This document shows, piece by piece, positions 48,077 to 57,313 of a stretch of DNA of 64,000 nucleotides. A program made the translations under genes and the position numbers. Origin of the DNA: a virus; the IMG/VR virus record IMGVR_UViG_3300036945_000368, positions 16,031 to 80,030 of that record; one strand, given 5' to 3'. The stretch's first letter is position 1. The number at the start of each line of letters is the position of its first letter. The notes beneath the pieces were generated by a model, which worked only from the letters and a program-made list of their open reading frames with translations, made no database searches and was not told the origin of the DNA.

Positions 48077-48429
48077 CTAGTTACCTCTGGAACTGTTGTA
48101 ACAGCACCCTCTATAATTCTAAAAACAGTACCGTCAATAAATACTACTTCTAAATCATATACACCTCTTTCAAAAGTGTAAGCTGAAGATACAGCGGCTG
48201 CGATTTTAATTTTAATCTTACCTTCAGTTGCATTTGAAATTTCTAACTTACCGTTCTCTGAAGTAAGGGTATCAAGTATAACGGCATCATTAGCAGTTTT
48301 ACGTATTTGCATCCGTAGTGTACAATCTGTTAAATTAACAGGTACAGCTGGTGAGCCTGTCTTCCACTGGATTGCTTTAATAAAGGTAGAACCTTTGTAA
48401 ATTGTCAGTTCAATATTAGCTGGTTGCAT
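48073..48429 (-). CDS. fibre-attachment/adaptor-like structural protein
   Basis: IYKGSTF...NLT....MQIR...GVYDLE...EG......EVTR. Confidence 0.65.
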   Translation of the reverse strand: MQPANIELTIYKGSTFIKAIQWKTGSPAVPVNLTDCTLRMQIRKTANDAVILDTLTSENGKLEISNATEGKIKIKIAAAVSSAYTFERGVYDLEVVFIDGTVFRIIEGAVTTVPEVTR

Positions 48430-48437
48430 ATGCATCC

Positions 48438-49910
48438 TTAGTTTTGATAAATACCACCATCGATATTTTGAGTTTGATCGATCACAACTGAAGAACCAGT
48501 TGACCATATGTTTGTTCTGCGATAATCTACGTAATCTTCACCTTCGTCTGTACTTACAATTTTAGCTTTGGGATGATTTGCATAAGAGTTTGCTGTCTGG
48601 TAGATTACAGTACCAATCTTAACAAATTCTGCAAAAGGTAGACCCGTCATTTCTGCAAACTCTATATTAGCTCCAGCTTTAGCTTTAGCTTTAGAATTAT
48701 AAGTATTTCCTAAAATAGACACAATAGGATTATCTATATCATTTGTTGCTGCTAGATGAACAAGAACGAATTCATTATTTGGAACTTCATCTAATCGCCA
48801 CACACCCTCTAATTGATGATTGTATGCTGGTCTTGTTCCAGTGTTATAATATGGAATATCGTGAGGCAGTATTAATGGATATTCACTCATAGGTGTCTTA
48901 CACCAATTAGCTGCAGTGCTACCATACCTATAGTAAATAGGGCAATGTAATACTTGAGAAAGTATCTGACTCTCTCCATCAATAATATCTATTAATAAAT
49001 CTTCATCAGCTATTTGACCAGAATCACATGCAAATTGAGCATGAGAATTTAAACTACCATTACCATCTACAATAAAGTTATAAAGTCCTAGACCTTTTCT
49101 ATACTGAGCCCCAAAAGATAAATGCATATGTTGGTGAGTAGCACCGTCCATAATAATACCGTGGCGTTCGTCTGCAAAATATACGTGATCTTGTGTCTCT
49201 GATTTCCAGTACACAATAGAAACTAAGGCATTCTCTAAAAATAAATCGGATGTTGGTGTGTTTGAATAACTTAGCTGACAGTCAGGAAAACTGTAATATA
49301 TAAAATATAATCCTGAAATATTAGGTAGTTGAATAGAGTCTGCAGAGCGGGTAAATTCTTTAGCGTGTAACCAAACGGTAAAACTCTCGTCTATTGCTGA
49401 TATAGTTAATGTGCGATTAGCATTATTAAATGAAAGATTACTGGTGTCTCTTGTAGAAAAACCTGTAGGCTCCTTCATGGACTCTAAGGCAGTATTATTG
49501 CTTGGGCTACTTATAGATACGTTCTGAGTTACAACCTCTTTAGGTATTGGACTTTTGGTAGTTACTCTAGTACCATCAGACATTACCAATACTAAATGAC
49601 CAGTAGGGTTAATATCTGCACCAATTACGCTATTAGCTACCTGAACTTCTTTAAACTTCTCAACAGGTTCTGCTTGCTTACTTGCGATATCTTTAAGTAC
49701 TTGCAAATGCGCGGGTATTTTCGGAGCTATTACTTTCTGAACTTGATGCTTCTTTTCTTCTATTTTTATAGCACCTAAACCTGCAAAAATCGCTTCTTCT
49801 TCTGTTTGTCCTTTAGTGAGTGCAGCATTGGCTACTTTTGCAAATAACTCTCTCAACTTAAGGGATTTCCCCTCTACAGCGGGAATTGTTTTGCTTGCGC
49901 TCCACGGCAT
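48438..49910 (-). CDS. putative virion protein with ChaB-like N-terminus
   Basis: MPWS...LFAKVANAAL..G..EEEAI; ends IDGG.Y like the neighbouring fibre. Confidence 0.55.
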   Translation of the reverse strand: MPWSASKTIPAVEGKSLKLRELFAKVANAALTKGQTEEEAIFAGLGAIKIEEKKHQVQKVIAPKIPAHLQVLKDIASKQAEPVEKFKEVQVANSVIGADINPTGHLVLVMSDGTRVTTKSPIPKEVVTQNVSISSPSNNTALESMKEPTGFSTRDTSNLSFNNANRTLTISAIDESFTVWLHAKEFTRSADSIQLPNISGLYFIYYSFPDCQLSYSNTPTSDLFLENALVSIVYWKSETQDHVYFADERHGIIMDGATHQHMHLSFGAQYRKGLGLYNFIVDGNGSLNSHAQFACDSGQIADEDLLIDIIDGESQILSQVLHCPIYYRYGSTAANWCKTPMSEYPLILPHDIPYYNTGTRPAYNHQLEGVWRLDEVPNNEFVLVHLAATNDIDNPIVSILGNTYNSKAKAKAGANIEFAEMTGLPFAEFVKIGTVIYQTANSYANHPKAKIVSTDEGEDYVDYRRTNIWSTGSSVVIDQTQNIDGGIYQN

Positions 49911-49966
49911 ACTGGCTCCTTATAAACAAGAATAACCCCGCTGGTTAGGCGGGGTGTAATAAAACT

Positions 49967-49995
49967 ATTATATCACATAAATAGTTATATTTCAA
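49967..49995 (-). promoter_or_regulatory. sigma70-type promoter
   Basis: TTGAAA-17-TATAAT with TG. Confidence 0.65.
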
Positions 49996-50007
49996 GAGTA
50001 AATCAGA

Positions 50008-51486
50008 TTATCCTGCGTTTTCTAAATTATTACTAGAAGTATCAGTACCAGATGGATTAGTTGCAGTACCTTCACCAGCTGTCGCAAAACCATCTCCACT
50101 CCGTGAAGTATTAGCTGGCATTGTAGCTAAGTTAGGTTCTTCGTCTTCTGGTTTGGCGTCAATACCTACAGACTCACGAACACGGTTTAGAACATCACGA
50201 TCAATCTCAAGCATACCTGTACTAGCATACCGCTGAACGGCTTTACTAAATGATTCTAAGTCTTCAGTCTGGATGTTATCAAAGTCCATATAACCCATAC
50301 GAGATGTATCCCATCCGTTAAGTTCATAGGTCTGTCGAATTAAATCGTCATTAATAACCTGAGTAATTTTCTTAAGCATGGCTTCAGCAGCATTACCAGA
50401 TAAAGAACTCTTAATCTGACCTAGTGCAAAAGAACCACCGCCAGTTTGTCCCATAGTTAGCAAATCTGCAAATAAAGAAGTAAGGATTAAGTTCTTGTAG
50501 TATTCTTTAATCTTACTAGTATCCATTGCCTTACTGCCATTCAAGCTAAGTAGCTCTAAACTGAATAAAGGCTGGCGCGTATCTTGATCGTAAGCTTGAG
50601 GTAAGATTAAGGCAGATTGCTGATTAATCTGTAAGTTACGCATTACGTTTTCATAGTAAGCTCGAATAGCCTTCTGATCTGGAGAAGCATCTGCAGCCAG
50701 ATATTGAGGTGGTAATTTTAGAACAGGCAAACCAGCTAAGTCTTTAGCTACACCGTTTGCTTCAATCTCTTCAATAACAGAAAGGAATCGCCATGCTAAG
50801 TATGCATCACGTAACGGAGATTTACCATAAGGGTCACCTTTATGTTTACCTGCGCGGAATAGCATGATCTTGCTACGTGGCAGCACGACTGCTAGATTTG
50901 AGCGTTGTGTATAACGATTATATGGGTCGCTCACTTGTGTTAGGTCTTGACGTACACCTAAAATTTCATTACCGTCATCTGAGAATACAAAGCGTTGAAT
51001 TGTTTCTTGGTTACGGATAGGTAATTTTTTCCAGCCAATTAAACCGTCATTATATTTTGAACCATTTTCTTTAGTGCGTCTACGATAAACTTTCTCGTGT
51101 ACGGAAAAACCGTAAACATTTGAACTTAATGCTTCACTAATGAAATCTGCCCATGTCTGACCAGAGAGGTCTTGCATCATTTCATTAATAACCCTAGCTT
51201 GATCAATTTCAGCAGGAGTAGCATCTTTAGGTGCTTTAAATTTCCAATCAGCTTTACTAATTAGCGTATCAAATAAAGATAGTGCCGAATTAATAGTCCC
51301 ATGATAAGACATTTGCTTGTAAGTTTGGATGCTATTTGGAAAGTTTAATTCTTTCTTAATTTCATCTTGAGTTACACCAGCGTAGACATTCAAACCTAGG
51401 TAACCAGCTTCCGACATTTTAAATCGTTCTGGTGTATCACCCATTGTGGCTTTCTCGATAGTCTCTTGTTTCTTTGGTCGTGCCAT
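50008..51486 (-). CDS. portal protein
   Basis: After terL; YGFSVHEKVY, PYGKSPLR.AY..W, GSFALG. Confidence 0.9.
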   Translation of the reverse strand: MARPKKQETIEKATMGDTPERFKMSEAGYLGLNVYAGVTQDEIKKELNFPNSIQTYKQMSYHGTINSALSLFDTLISKADWKFKAPKDATPAEIDQARVINEMMQDLSGQTWADFISEALSSNVYGFSVHEKVYRRRTKENGSKYNDGLIGWKKLPIRNQETIQRFVFSDDGNEILGVRQDLTQVSDPYNRYTQRSNLAVVLPRSKIMLFRAGKHKGDPYGKSPLRDAYLAWRFLSVIEEIEANGVAKDLAGLPVLKLPPQYLAADASPDQKAIRAYYENVMRNLQINQQSALILPQAYDQDTRQPLFSLELLSLNGSKAMDTSKIKEYYKNLILTSLFADLLTMGQTGGGSFALGQIKSSLSGNAAEAMLKKITQVINDDLIRQTYELNGWDTSRMGYMDFDNIQTEDLESFSKAVQRYASTGMLEIDRDVLNRVRESVGIDAKPEDEEPNLATMPANTSRSGDGFATAGEGTATNPSGTDTSSNNLENAG

Positions 51487-51501
51487 TCAAAGGCTCCTTA
51501 G

Positions 51502-52971
51502 TTAAAGTCCGATAGTTGTAAATTGAGGTAATGCTACATTCATCTGTGGCATACTGTCAAAAGGGTTCCTGCCTGTTAAATCAGGAAGTGAAAATATTGG
51601 TAAGGAATGTTCCTTATTAAGAAGTAACATACAGTCACTACAGCAGTCAACTTGGTCATCCTTTTTCTTAGGGTCACCATCAAAAACTTCTAATTCATCG
51701 AAGAAATCTTTGTTCCAGTTCGCTTTTACAATGTTAACGAATCCAGCTTGAGCTAAACTTGAGAATGGAGCAAAACGAGTGATCTTAGATTTAACTGGTT
51801 TAGTTAATCTGCAGACAAAACCCATCTCAGCTAATTTACGTTGCAAGTCTTTTGCATAAGCACCAGCGGCAGCGGCAGGGTCTAATGGAATTGAAATAAT
51901 AACGCCTTGACCATCATGCAGTGCAGTCTGGAAGATTAATTTTTCTACTTCGTGTACTCTATCGCGCATAGATACTACATCTTCTACTGTATAAACTTTA
52001 GCATCATCTTTTGAGACTAAGACGCCACGAGTCCAGTCTGGATTAGGGTATTGTTCAGAAGGCTTGCTAAAGGCGAAATCCCACGCTCTAACGCGCTGCT
52101 TTGCCCTACCATTAGGTAGATCAACTAAACCGCACCATTCTCGTTTAAACAAGCCTGAGGACTCCATACGAGCGTACCATGAGCCATCTAGCAATCTTTC
52201 CTTCTCTACACGAGGTAAGGACATTAAGCGGCTGATATAATCTGGTTGAGCTTTTAAGAGTGGAGGGTTATCTCGACAAGTAGCGCCAATGAATGTGAAC
52301 GAACTAATACCGGATTCATTACCTTTACCATGAACTGCTTCAGCTTCATCTAAGCTGTTATACCAAATCATAGTATTACCTTGACGGAAGAAGAAACGCT
52401 TGTGCCCAGTTTTTTCTGGAATAGGTATACCAGTTTGAGGGTCTAAGTAGTAATCTTCAATCCACGAACGTAGGAATGAATTATAATCAGGGTTGGTCAT
52501 AGCAAATAGCTGTGGCTTATAATCCACATACGCATTACGCATACGCGAGAGTAAATAGACCAACATATCTTCTTCAAAGTCTGTTGCTTCATCGAAGATA
52601 ACTAAACTGTATTGTGCGCCCTTATGGTCGAGAGCGTTATTTGCATGTTGCATGTGCGAGAATTTTAATAGTGCTCCGTTAGGGAATACTAGTTCTAAGT
52701 CTCTGGACCTAATTCTAAGGTCTGGGTATATACTTGTGTAGAGGTTAATGGCTTCATGCCAAATAGAGCCCGGTGCAGTTAACATCTTAGATGTTCTACG
52801 AAAAATCACACCTGTTGCCCTAGGATGTTGCATAAATTTTAATGCAATTAGGAGAGCTGTATAAGTTTTACCAGAGCCAGCTGCACCACCTGCTAATGTA
52901 ATAGTTGCATCACTATTTAAAAACATCTCCTGTTTCTTAGATGCTGGCGCAATTGTCAATTGATTACTCAT
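51502..52971 (-). CDS. terL: terminase large subunit
   Basis: GGAAGSGKT Walker A, FDEA Walker B, TNP, RAWD, DDQVD. Confidence 0.95.
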   Translation of the reverse strand: MSNQLTIAPASKKQEMFLNSDATITLAGGAAGSGKTYTALLIALKFMQHPRATGVIFRRTSKMLTAPGSIWHEAINLYTSIYPDLRIRSRDLELVFPNGALLKFSHMQHANNALDHKGAQYSLVIFDEATDFEEDMLVYLLSRMRNAYVDYKPQLFAMTNPDYNSFLRSWIEDYYLDPQTGIPIPEKTGHKRFFFRQGNTMIWYNSLDEAEAVHGKGNESGISSFTFIGATCRDNPPLLKAQPDYISRLMSLPRVEKERLLDGSWYARMESSGLFKREWCGLVDLPNGRAKQRVRAWDFAFSKPSEQYPNPDWTRGVLVSKDDAKVYTVEDVVSMRDRVHEVEKLIFQTALHDGQGVIISIPLDPAAAAGAYAKDLQRKLAEMGFVCRLTKPVKSKITRFAPFSSLAQAGFVNIVKANWNKDFFDELEVFDGDPKKKDDQVDCCSDCMLLLNKEHSLPIFSLPDLTGRNPFDSMPQMNVALPQFTTIGL

Positions 52972-53452
52972 ATTTATTACTCTTCCTTAAATTCTCTTCC
53001 GCTGTAAGTATTTGCAAATTCCAAGGTACATGCAAACCACACACATTTCCACCTTGAATTGGAATTATATGGTCTACATGGTATTCAATAGTAGTAGATT
53101 CAGATAATTCTTGTCTTCTTTTATAAATTAATTTAATTTCTTGTAACATCTCATTAGTTAACCAACTAGGCGTTGCAAGTTTTAATCTATCTTCTCTTTT
53201 GTAGTAATTAAATAAATACGTAGATTTATTATTTCTATAATGGCTTCTTCTGTTTTCTTTCTCTACTTCATGATTTTCATGATAGTAATTAGACAACCTT
53301 TTACGATTTTCTTCATGATTTTCATAATATTTTTTACTATTGTATTTACTGTGGCAGTCTTTACAATGAGACTGAAGACCATCTTTTGCTGTTTTAGTTT
53401 TATAGAAATTATCGAAAGATTTTTCAGTATTACACCACTTACAAGTTTTCAT
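52964..53452 (-). CDS. HNH homing endonuclease
   Basis: CKWC...CKDC; ATPSWLT; HVDHIIPIQGGNVCGLHVPWNLQIL. Confidence 0.9.
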   Translation of the reverse strand: MKTCKWCNTEKSFDNFYKTKTAKDGLQSHCKDCHSKYNSKKYYENHEENRKRLSNYYHENHEVEKENRRSHYRNNKSTYLFNYYKREDRLKLATPSWLTNEMLQEIKLIYKRRQELSESTTIEYHVDHIIPIQGGNVCGLHVPWNLQILTAEENLRKSNKYE

Positions 53453-53484
53453 TTATTCTCCTCAGAATAACCTCAATAAATAAC

Positions 53485-53529
53485 TGGCAGGTAAGTGAGG
53501 AACTTACTTTTCAGGAGCTACCCTAGCCA
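53485..53529 (-). ncRNA. putative small structured leader RNA upstream of the HNH gene
   Basis: TGGCTAG/CTGCCA closing stem, GG-TAGCT-CC mini-hairpin, GTAAGT/ACTTAC hairpin. Confidence 0.45.
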
Positions 53530-53537
53530 ATTCATAA

Positions 53538-53882
53538 TTATTCTTCTCCAACAACCTTTAAGCTAAAGATTGGAGCATTTTGTTGCTGAATTTCAGTGCC
53601 CTCTACATCTTCAGCATCTTCGCTATCGTATACATCTAATGTAAGTCTACGGTAGTTGTCAAGTAAAATAGTAGCTGCTTTTAGTTGGTTCTGATGACTC
53701 GCTTCTTTATTCTGCATAATTTCAGCAGCTGAAGTGATAGCTTTAGCAACGTGTGGCTTAATCTTACGAAGAAGCATAATTAATTCACGTTCTTTTAAAT
53801 CACGATTAGTTGGTTTATCTAATGCACTGACCTTTTTAGGACGACCATTGGGATTACCCGATTTACCTTTTTCAAATGCCAT
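53538..53882 (-). CDS. terminase small subunit (DUF5681-like)
   Basis: FEKGKSGNPNGRPK; upstream of terL. Confidence 0.75.
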   Translation of the reverse strand: MAFEKGKSGNPNGRPKKVSALDKPTNRDLKERELIMLLRKIKPHVAKAITSAAEIMQNKEASHQNQLKAATILLDNYRRLTLDVYDSEDAEDVEGTEIQQQNAPIFSLKVVGEE

Positions 53883-53883
53883 A

Positions 53884-54168
53884 TTAGACCTCTTTATTTT
53901 CTTCAGCTAGTTTCTCTGCAACAGCACCAGCGGCTTTACGACCAGAGATACCACCTAATGTACCAACACCCATAAAAGCAATGGCTTTAAGAATTTCTAA
54001 GAAGATGGCATCAATTGGTGCTAATACTGCAGATTGGTCTTCAAAGGCAATAGCCCACATAACACCCATCGCAATTAAGAAAACCATTGAAGTAATAGCT
54101 TTAACTACGAAAGCCCATACACGTACTTCAATTTGGTCGGCAGTCATACCTTTATAACTATCTAACAT
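53884..54168 (-). CDS. two-TM membrane protein
   Basis: Two hydrophobic helices; VGTLGGI. Confidence 0.7.
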   Translation of the reverse strand: MLDSYKGMTADQIEVRVWAFVVKAITSMVFLIAMGVMWAIAFEDQSAVLAPIDAIFLEILKAIAFMGVGTLGGISGRKAAGAVAEKLAEENKEV

Positions 54169-54169
54169 G

Positions 54170-54403
54170 TTATTCCTTTTTATTTTTCTCAAGCTCAATG
54201 AGAAGTTTTTCGTTATACTTAATCATGTCGTCAAGTTTCTCGATTTTTATATCGACTTGTTTAGATTTAGATTCCATGACATAATTATTTTTATTTGTAT
54301 CCATATACATACCTAACATAATAGGCACTGAAATGAATATCGCTATTACCACTGTTGCGGCGGCAATTAAAGTTATTAGCGATGAATTATTAGACTTATC
54401 CAT
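54170..54403 (-). CDS. membrane-anchored coiled-coil protein
   Basis: N-terminal TM then coiled coil; start MDKSNN. Confidence 0.65.
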   Translation of the reverse strand: MDKSNNSSLITLIAAATVVIAIFISVPIMLGMYMDTNKNNYVMESKSKQVDIKIEKLDDMIKYNEKLLIELEKNKKE

Positions 54404-55098
54404 ACTGCCCACAGTTCTATTAGAAACACTGCTACTAGAAACACTGTAACCAGTTCCAGCTTTATTTGGTTTTGAAATTGCTCTTGTAACCATCTTGTCT
54501 CCGCAGCCTTTTTATTTTGTTCTATACGGTCTAACTCTTGTTGCTCTTGTATTACACCTACGCGCTTAACAACTTTAGTATATAAGTCACCCAATTCCTT
54601 AGGGCTTTGATAAACCATAGTCTCTCGTATAGTTACTTGTAACTTCTGAATCTCTATCATTGCATATTCAATATCAATAGCAGAACTCATTAATTCTTCG
54701 TACCCTTTTGAGCCCATAGACTTAGCTTCAGATTCGGCTAATTTAGCTTGTAATTGCGACATACAACCAAAGAATATTTTTAACTGCTCTATCAATTCAA
54801 TAGTAATTGAAAGTTCGTCCATCTGAGCATAGTCAGGTTGTTTTCGTTCTTTTGTTGTCTTACTTCCCACTTTGGCTAAGGCTAAATCTGCTATCTTAGG
54901 TTGTTCTTTCTTTTTATTTGGAAATATTTTATTCCACAGGAACTTCCAAATACTTGTAACTTCTTTAGATATACCTTTTACTTCATCAAAGGTTTTCTTT
55001 GCCTTCATTACTGTGCCTTTATATTCTTTATAAAGTTCACAGCCTTGCTGAATAGCTGATACTGCGGCATTAGCAGCAGCTAAAATAGCTAACGGCAT
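54376..55098 (-). CDS. helical protein with C-terminal TM anchor
   Basis: 240 aa, AAGGAGG SD, C-terminal hydrophobic helix. Confidence 0.75.
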   Translation of the reverse strand: MPLAILAAANAAVSAIQQGCELYKEYKGTVMKAKKTFDEVKGISKEVTSIWKFLWNKIFPNKKKEQPKIADLALAKVGSKTTKERKQPDYAQMDELSITIELIEQLKIFFGCMSQLQAKLAESEAKSMGSKGYEELMSSAIDIEYAMIEIQKLQVTIRETMVYQSPKELGDLYTKVVKRVGVIQEQQELDRIEQNKKAAETRWLQEQFQNQIKLELVTVFLVAVFLIELWAVWISLIIHR

Positions 55099-55117
55099 AA
55101 AGCCTCCTTAAATTAGT

Positions 55118-55296
55118 TCTGGTTACGATTCCAGAGTGCGCTTTTCGTAGCACCGCCGATTAATACGCTTACTTTTACAACTAGTTTTGGCAAACTAGCC
55201 TAGAGGTTATCCGACCTCTTGTTACCTCGTAGAAAGAACCGAGGGACGCCCTCTACATAGTAGATAACCGTTAGCGACAACGGACCCTAAGGTAGG
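55118..55296 (-). ncRNA. putative multi-hairpin structured RNA/leader
   Basis: At least 7 consecutive hairpins fill the entire intergenic gap. Confidence 0.6.
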
Positions 55297-55761
55297 TTAG
55301 TTAAATGAAGCCAAACCATTTAAGTTAATATTATCCGTTAATTGCTCTAGTTCAACTACAGTGCTTGCGCCATCAATAGCAATTTGCAACTCAGCGTTAG
55401 CAATTCGAATACTTTCACGATTCGCTTCAATTTCAGCAAGTTTAGTAGGATTACTAATATTATAATTGACTAATGTATCTAATGGGTTTAAAGCTTTCTC
55501 CCTAGCCCATCTACGCATTTGGTGAGCAACCTCTTTTGCTTTAACAAAATCTACTACAACTCCTGTTAAATCTGGTGTTGATACCCAAGCTTGTCTAAAT
55601 TTACCGCTTGCAGGTAAAACTGTATTTTCTACAATCCGATATTCAAACTCTTTTGGAATATCTTTTTGTGCGATTTCTTCTACTGTAAGTCCACACTCTA
55701 AAGCTGGATAAACAATATTTAAACCAACATTGTCGTTATAAAGAATAATTTGTGTTGTCAT
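55297..55761 (-). CDS. fibre assembly/chaperone-like protein
   Basis: IAQKDIP...Y.IV....LP...FR.AW...VDF.KAK...RR.AR...LD. Confidence 0.65.
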   Translation of the reverse strand: MTTQIILYNDNVGLNIVYPALECGLTVEEIAQKDIPKEFEYRIVENTVLPASGKFRQAWVSTPDLTGVVVDFVKAKEVAHQMRRWAREKALNPLDTLVNYNISNPTKLAEIEANRESIRIANAELQIAIDGASTVVELEQLTDNINLNGLASFN

Positions 55762-55776
55762 AACTTCTTTCTATAA

Positions 55777-56217
55777 TTATCTAAAAATTGATACATTGAT
55801 TGAACCTCCCCACGCAAGACCATATGAGCCGCTTAATGGTAGTATTGGTACGCTCGTAATGCCACCCTTTCTAACAGGTGTTCCACCAACTTGAGTTAAA
55901 GATTCAATAACTTGAATTGCTTGATAAGCACCGTACCCGTTAATTGTAGCACCCTGTAGTCCCAAAACATATAAGGAATCTGGCATGTTATTTGTAAAAT
56001 TTATATTTATTTCACCTGTTGCTGTACCATTGGTGATCGAAGAAATGCCAGATGAACCATAAATCTCAAGACCACCACCCGAAGATGAACCATTAACAGA
56101 GTAAGATGAAAAATTAATCCACGCTCTTGGCATCATATACGGTGGAGTACCTGAAGGCGCTTGGATTACTGCACCTGAATTTAATGTAATTGTTGAAGAA
56201 CCGACTGTAATTGACAT
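55777..56217 (-). CDS. adhesin/fibre-tip-like protein, paralogue 3
   Basis: RAWINF...GISSI...G...INF...MPD..Y. Confidence 0.7.
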   Translation of the reverse strand: MSITVGSSTITLNSGAVIQAPSGTPPYMMPRAWINFSSYSVNGSSSGGGLEIYGSSGISSITNGTATGEININFTNNMPDSLYVLGLQGATINGYGAYQAIQVIESLTQVGGTPVRKGGITSVPILPLSGSYGLAWGGSINVSIFR

Positions 56218-56226
56218 ATTTTACTT

Positions 56227-56637
56227 TCAACAAACAAAATGCATGTTCATAATCCCACCATATCTATATGTTGTGCTATTTAGGCCCATAAAAGGCCATG
56301 AAGATGTAGTACGCAAATAACTTGCAGGACTACCTGAAGTTTCTTCAATAACCCACATAGCTTCGTTTGCACCATTGCCTAATTGAGTACCACCACAAGA
56401 AATTGCTGCGTATCCGATTGTCGGCATAGCATTTGAAAAATTACAAGTGAATGTTCCAGCCGTAGCTCTTGCAACAACTGAACTGATATTATTGGAAGAT
56501 TTTATACTGATGACTCCTCCCCATGTTGAAAGCAACAGCGAAGCTCGAATACCATAGACAGGTATATTACCTACTGCATCTTGTAGTACTGCTCCAGAAT
56601 TTAATGTAATTGTTGAGCTATTTAAAGTTATTGACAT
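56227..56637 (-). CDS. adhesin/fibre-tip-like protein, paralogue 2
   Basis: IRA...NISSV....G.F..NF..AMP...Y. Confidence 0.7.
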   Translation of the reverse strand: MSITLNSSTITLNSGAVLQDAVGNIPVYGIRASLLLSTWGGVISIKSSNNISSVVARATAGTFTCNFSNAMPTIGYAAISCGGTQLGNGANEAMWVIEETSGSPASYLRTTSSWPFMGLNSTTYRYGGIMNMHFVC

Positions 56638-56640
56638 ATT

Positions 56641-57084
56641 TTACCTATAAATTACAAAATTAATTGATGCACCATACGCAGCAGAACCTCCACCAGTCAC
56701 ATTGACAACTTGTACACTGGAAGTTGTTCTATTTCTTACGGGATAAGCATTACCGGGACCGCCGAAAACTAGTTGCTCGAAAGAGTACCATGCTTGGCTT
56801 CCACCAAAACCTTGAGAAACGGCTCCTGTCTGAACTACACTATAATTTATATCTGGCATAGCTGAAGAAAAGTTTAAAGAGTAGAAGCCGCCATTAGTGC
56901 GAAGCGTTACAGAAGAAATACCTCCTGAACCATTGATAGCAATTGCACCGCCAACACCACCAGAAACTGTTGTATAATTCACCCAAGCTCGTACACTTGG
57001 GTAATAAGGTGCTGTGCCTACGGAGGCAGGTGTTACAGCACCACTATTCCAATTAATTGTAGACCCACCTATTGTAACTGACAT
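56641..57084 (-). CDS. adhesin/fibre-tip-like protein, paralogue 1
   Basis: VRAWVNY...GISSVT....G.Y.LNFS.AMPD.NY. Confidence 0.7.
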   Translation of the reverse strand: MSVTIGGSTINWNSGAVTPASVGTAPYYPSVRAWVNYTTVSGGVGGAIAINGSGGISSVTLRTNGGFYSLNFSSAMPDINYSVVQTGAVSQGFGGSQAWYSFEQLVFGGPGNAYPVRNRTTSSVQVVNVTGGGSAAYGASINFVIYR

Positions 57085-57133
57085 TTTATTTCCTTAATTT
57101 ACTTTTATATAACTATGTAAGTATGTAGTAATT

Positions 57134-57211
57134 TGGTCCGTTCTGTAGGATTCGAACCTACGATATCTTGGCCCCAAACCAAGTGACTTAACCAGACTAG
57201 CCTAAAAACGG
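57134..57211 (-). tRNA. tRNA-Pro(TGG)
   Basis: CTTGG-TT TGG GG-CCAAG; TTCGAAT T-loop; CCA. Confidence 0.9.
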
Positions 57212-57219
57212 AATTGTAT

Positions 57220-57309
57220 TGGCGGGTAGTGTAGGATTTGAACCTACGGGTCACGTAAGTAACCTAAGGGTTAGCAACCCTCTGCAATCGGCCTCTCTGC
57301 CAACCACCC
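57220..57309 (-). tRNA. tRNA-Ser(GCT)
   Basis: GAGGG-TT GCT AA-CCCTT; long variable arm; G-CCA. Confidence 0.92.
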
Positions 57310-57313
57310 TTAT

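Noticed and set aside
3728-52971. Stop-codon reassignment
   Set aside because: Core genes are full length in the standard code and no suppressor tRNA (CTA/TCA/TTA anticodon) was found
55777-57084. Diversity-generating retroelement or invertible tail-fibre cassette
   Set aside because: No RT, no near-identical TR/VR pair differing at adenines, no invertase or flanking inverted sites
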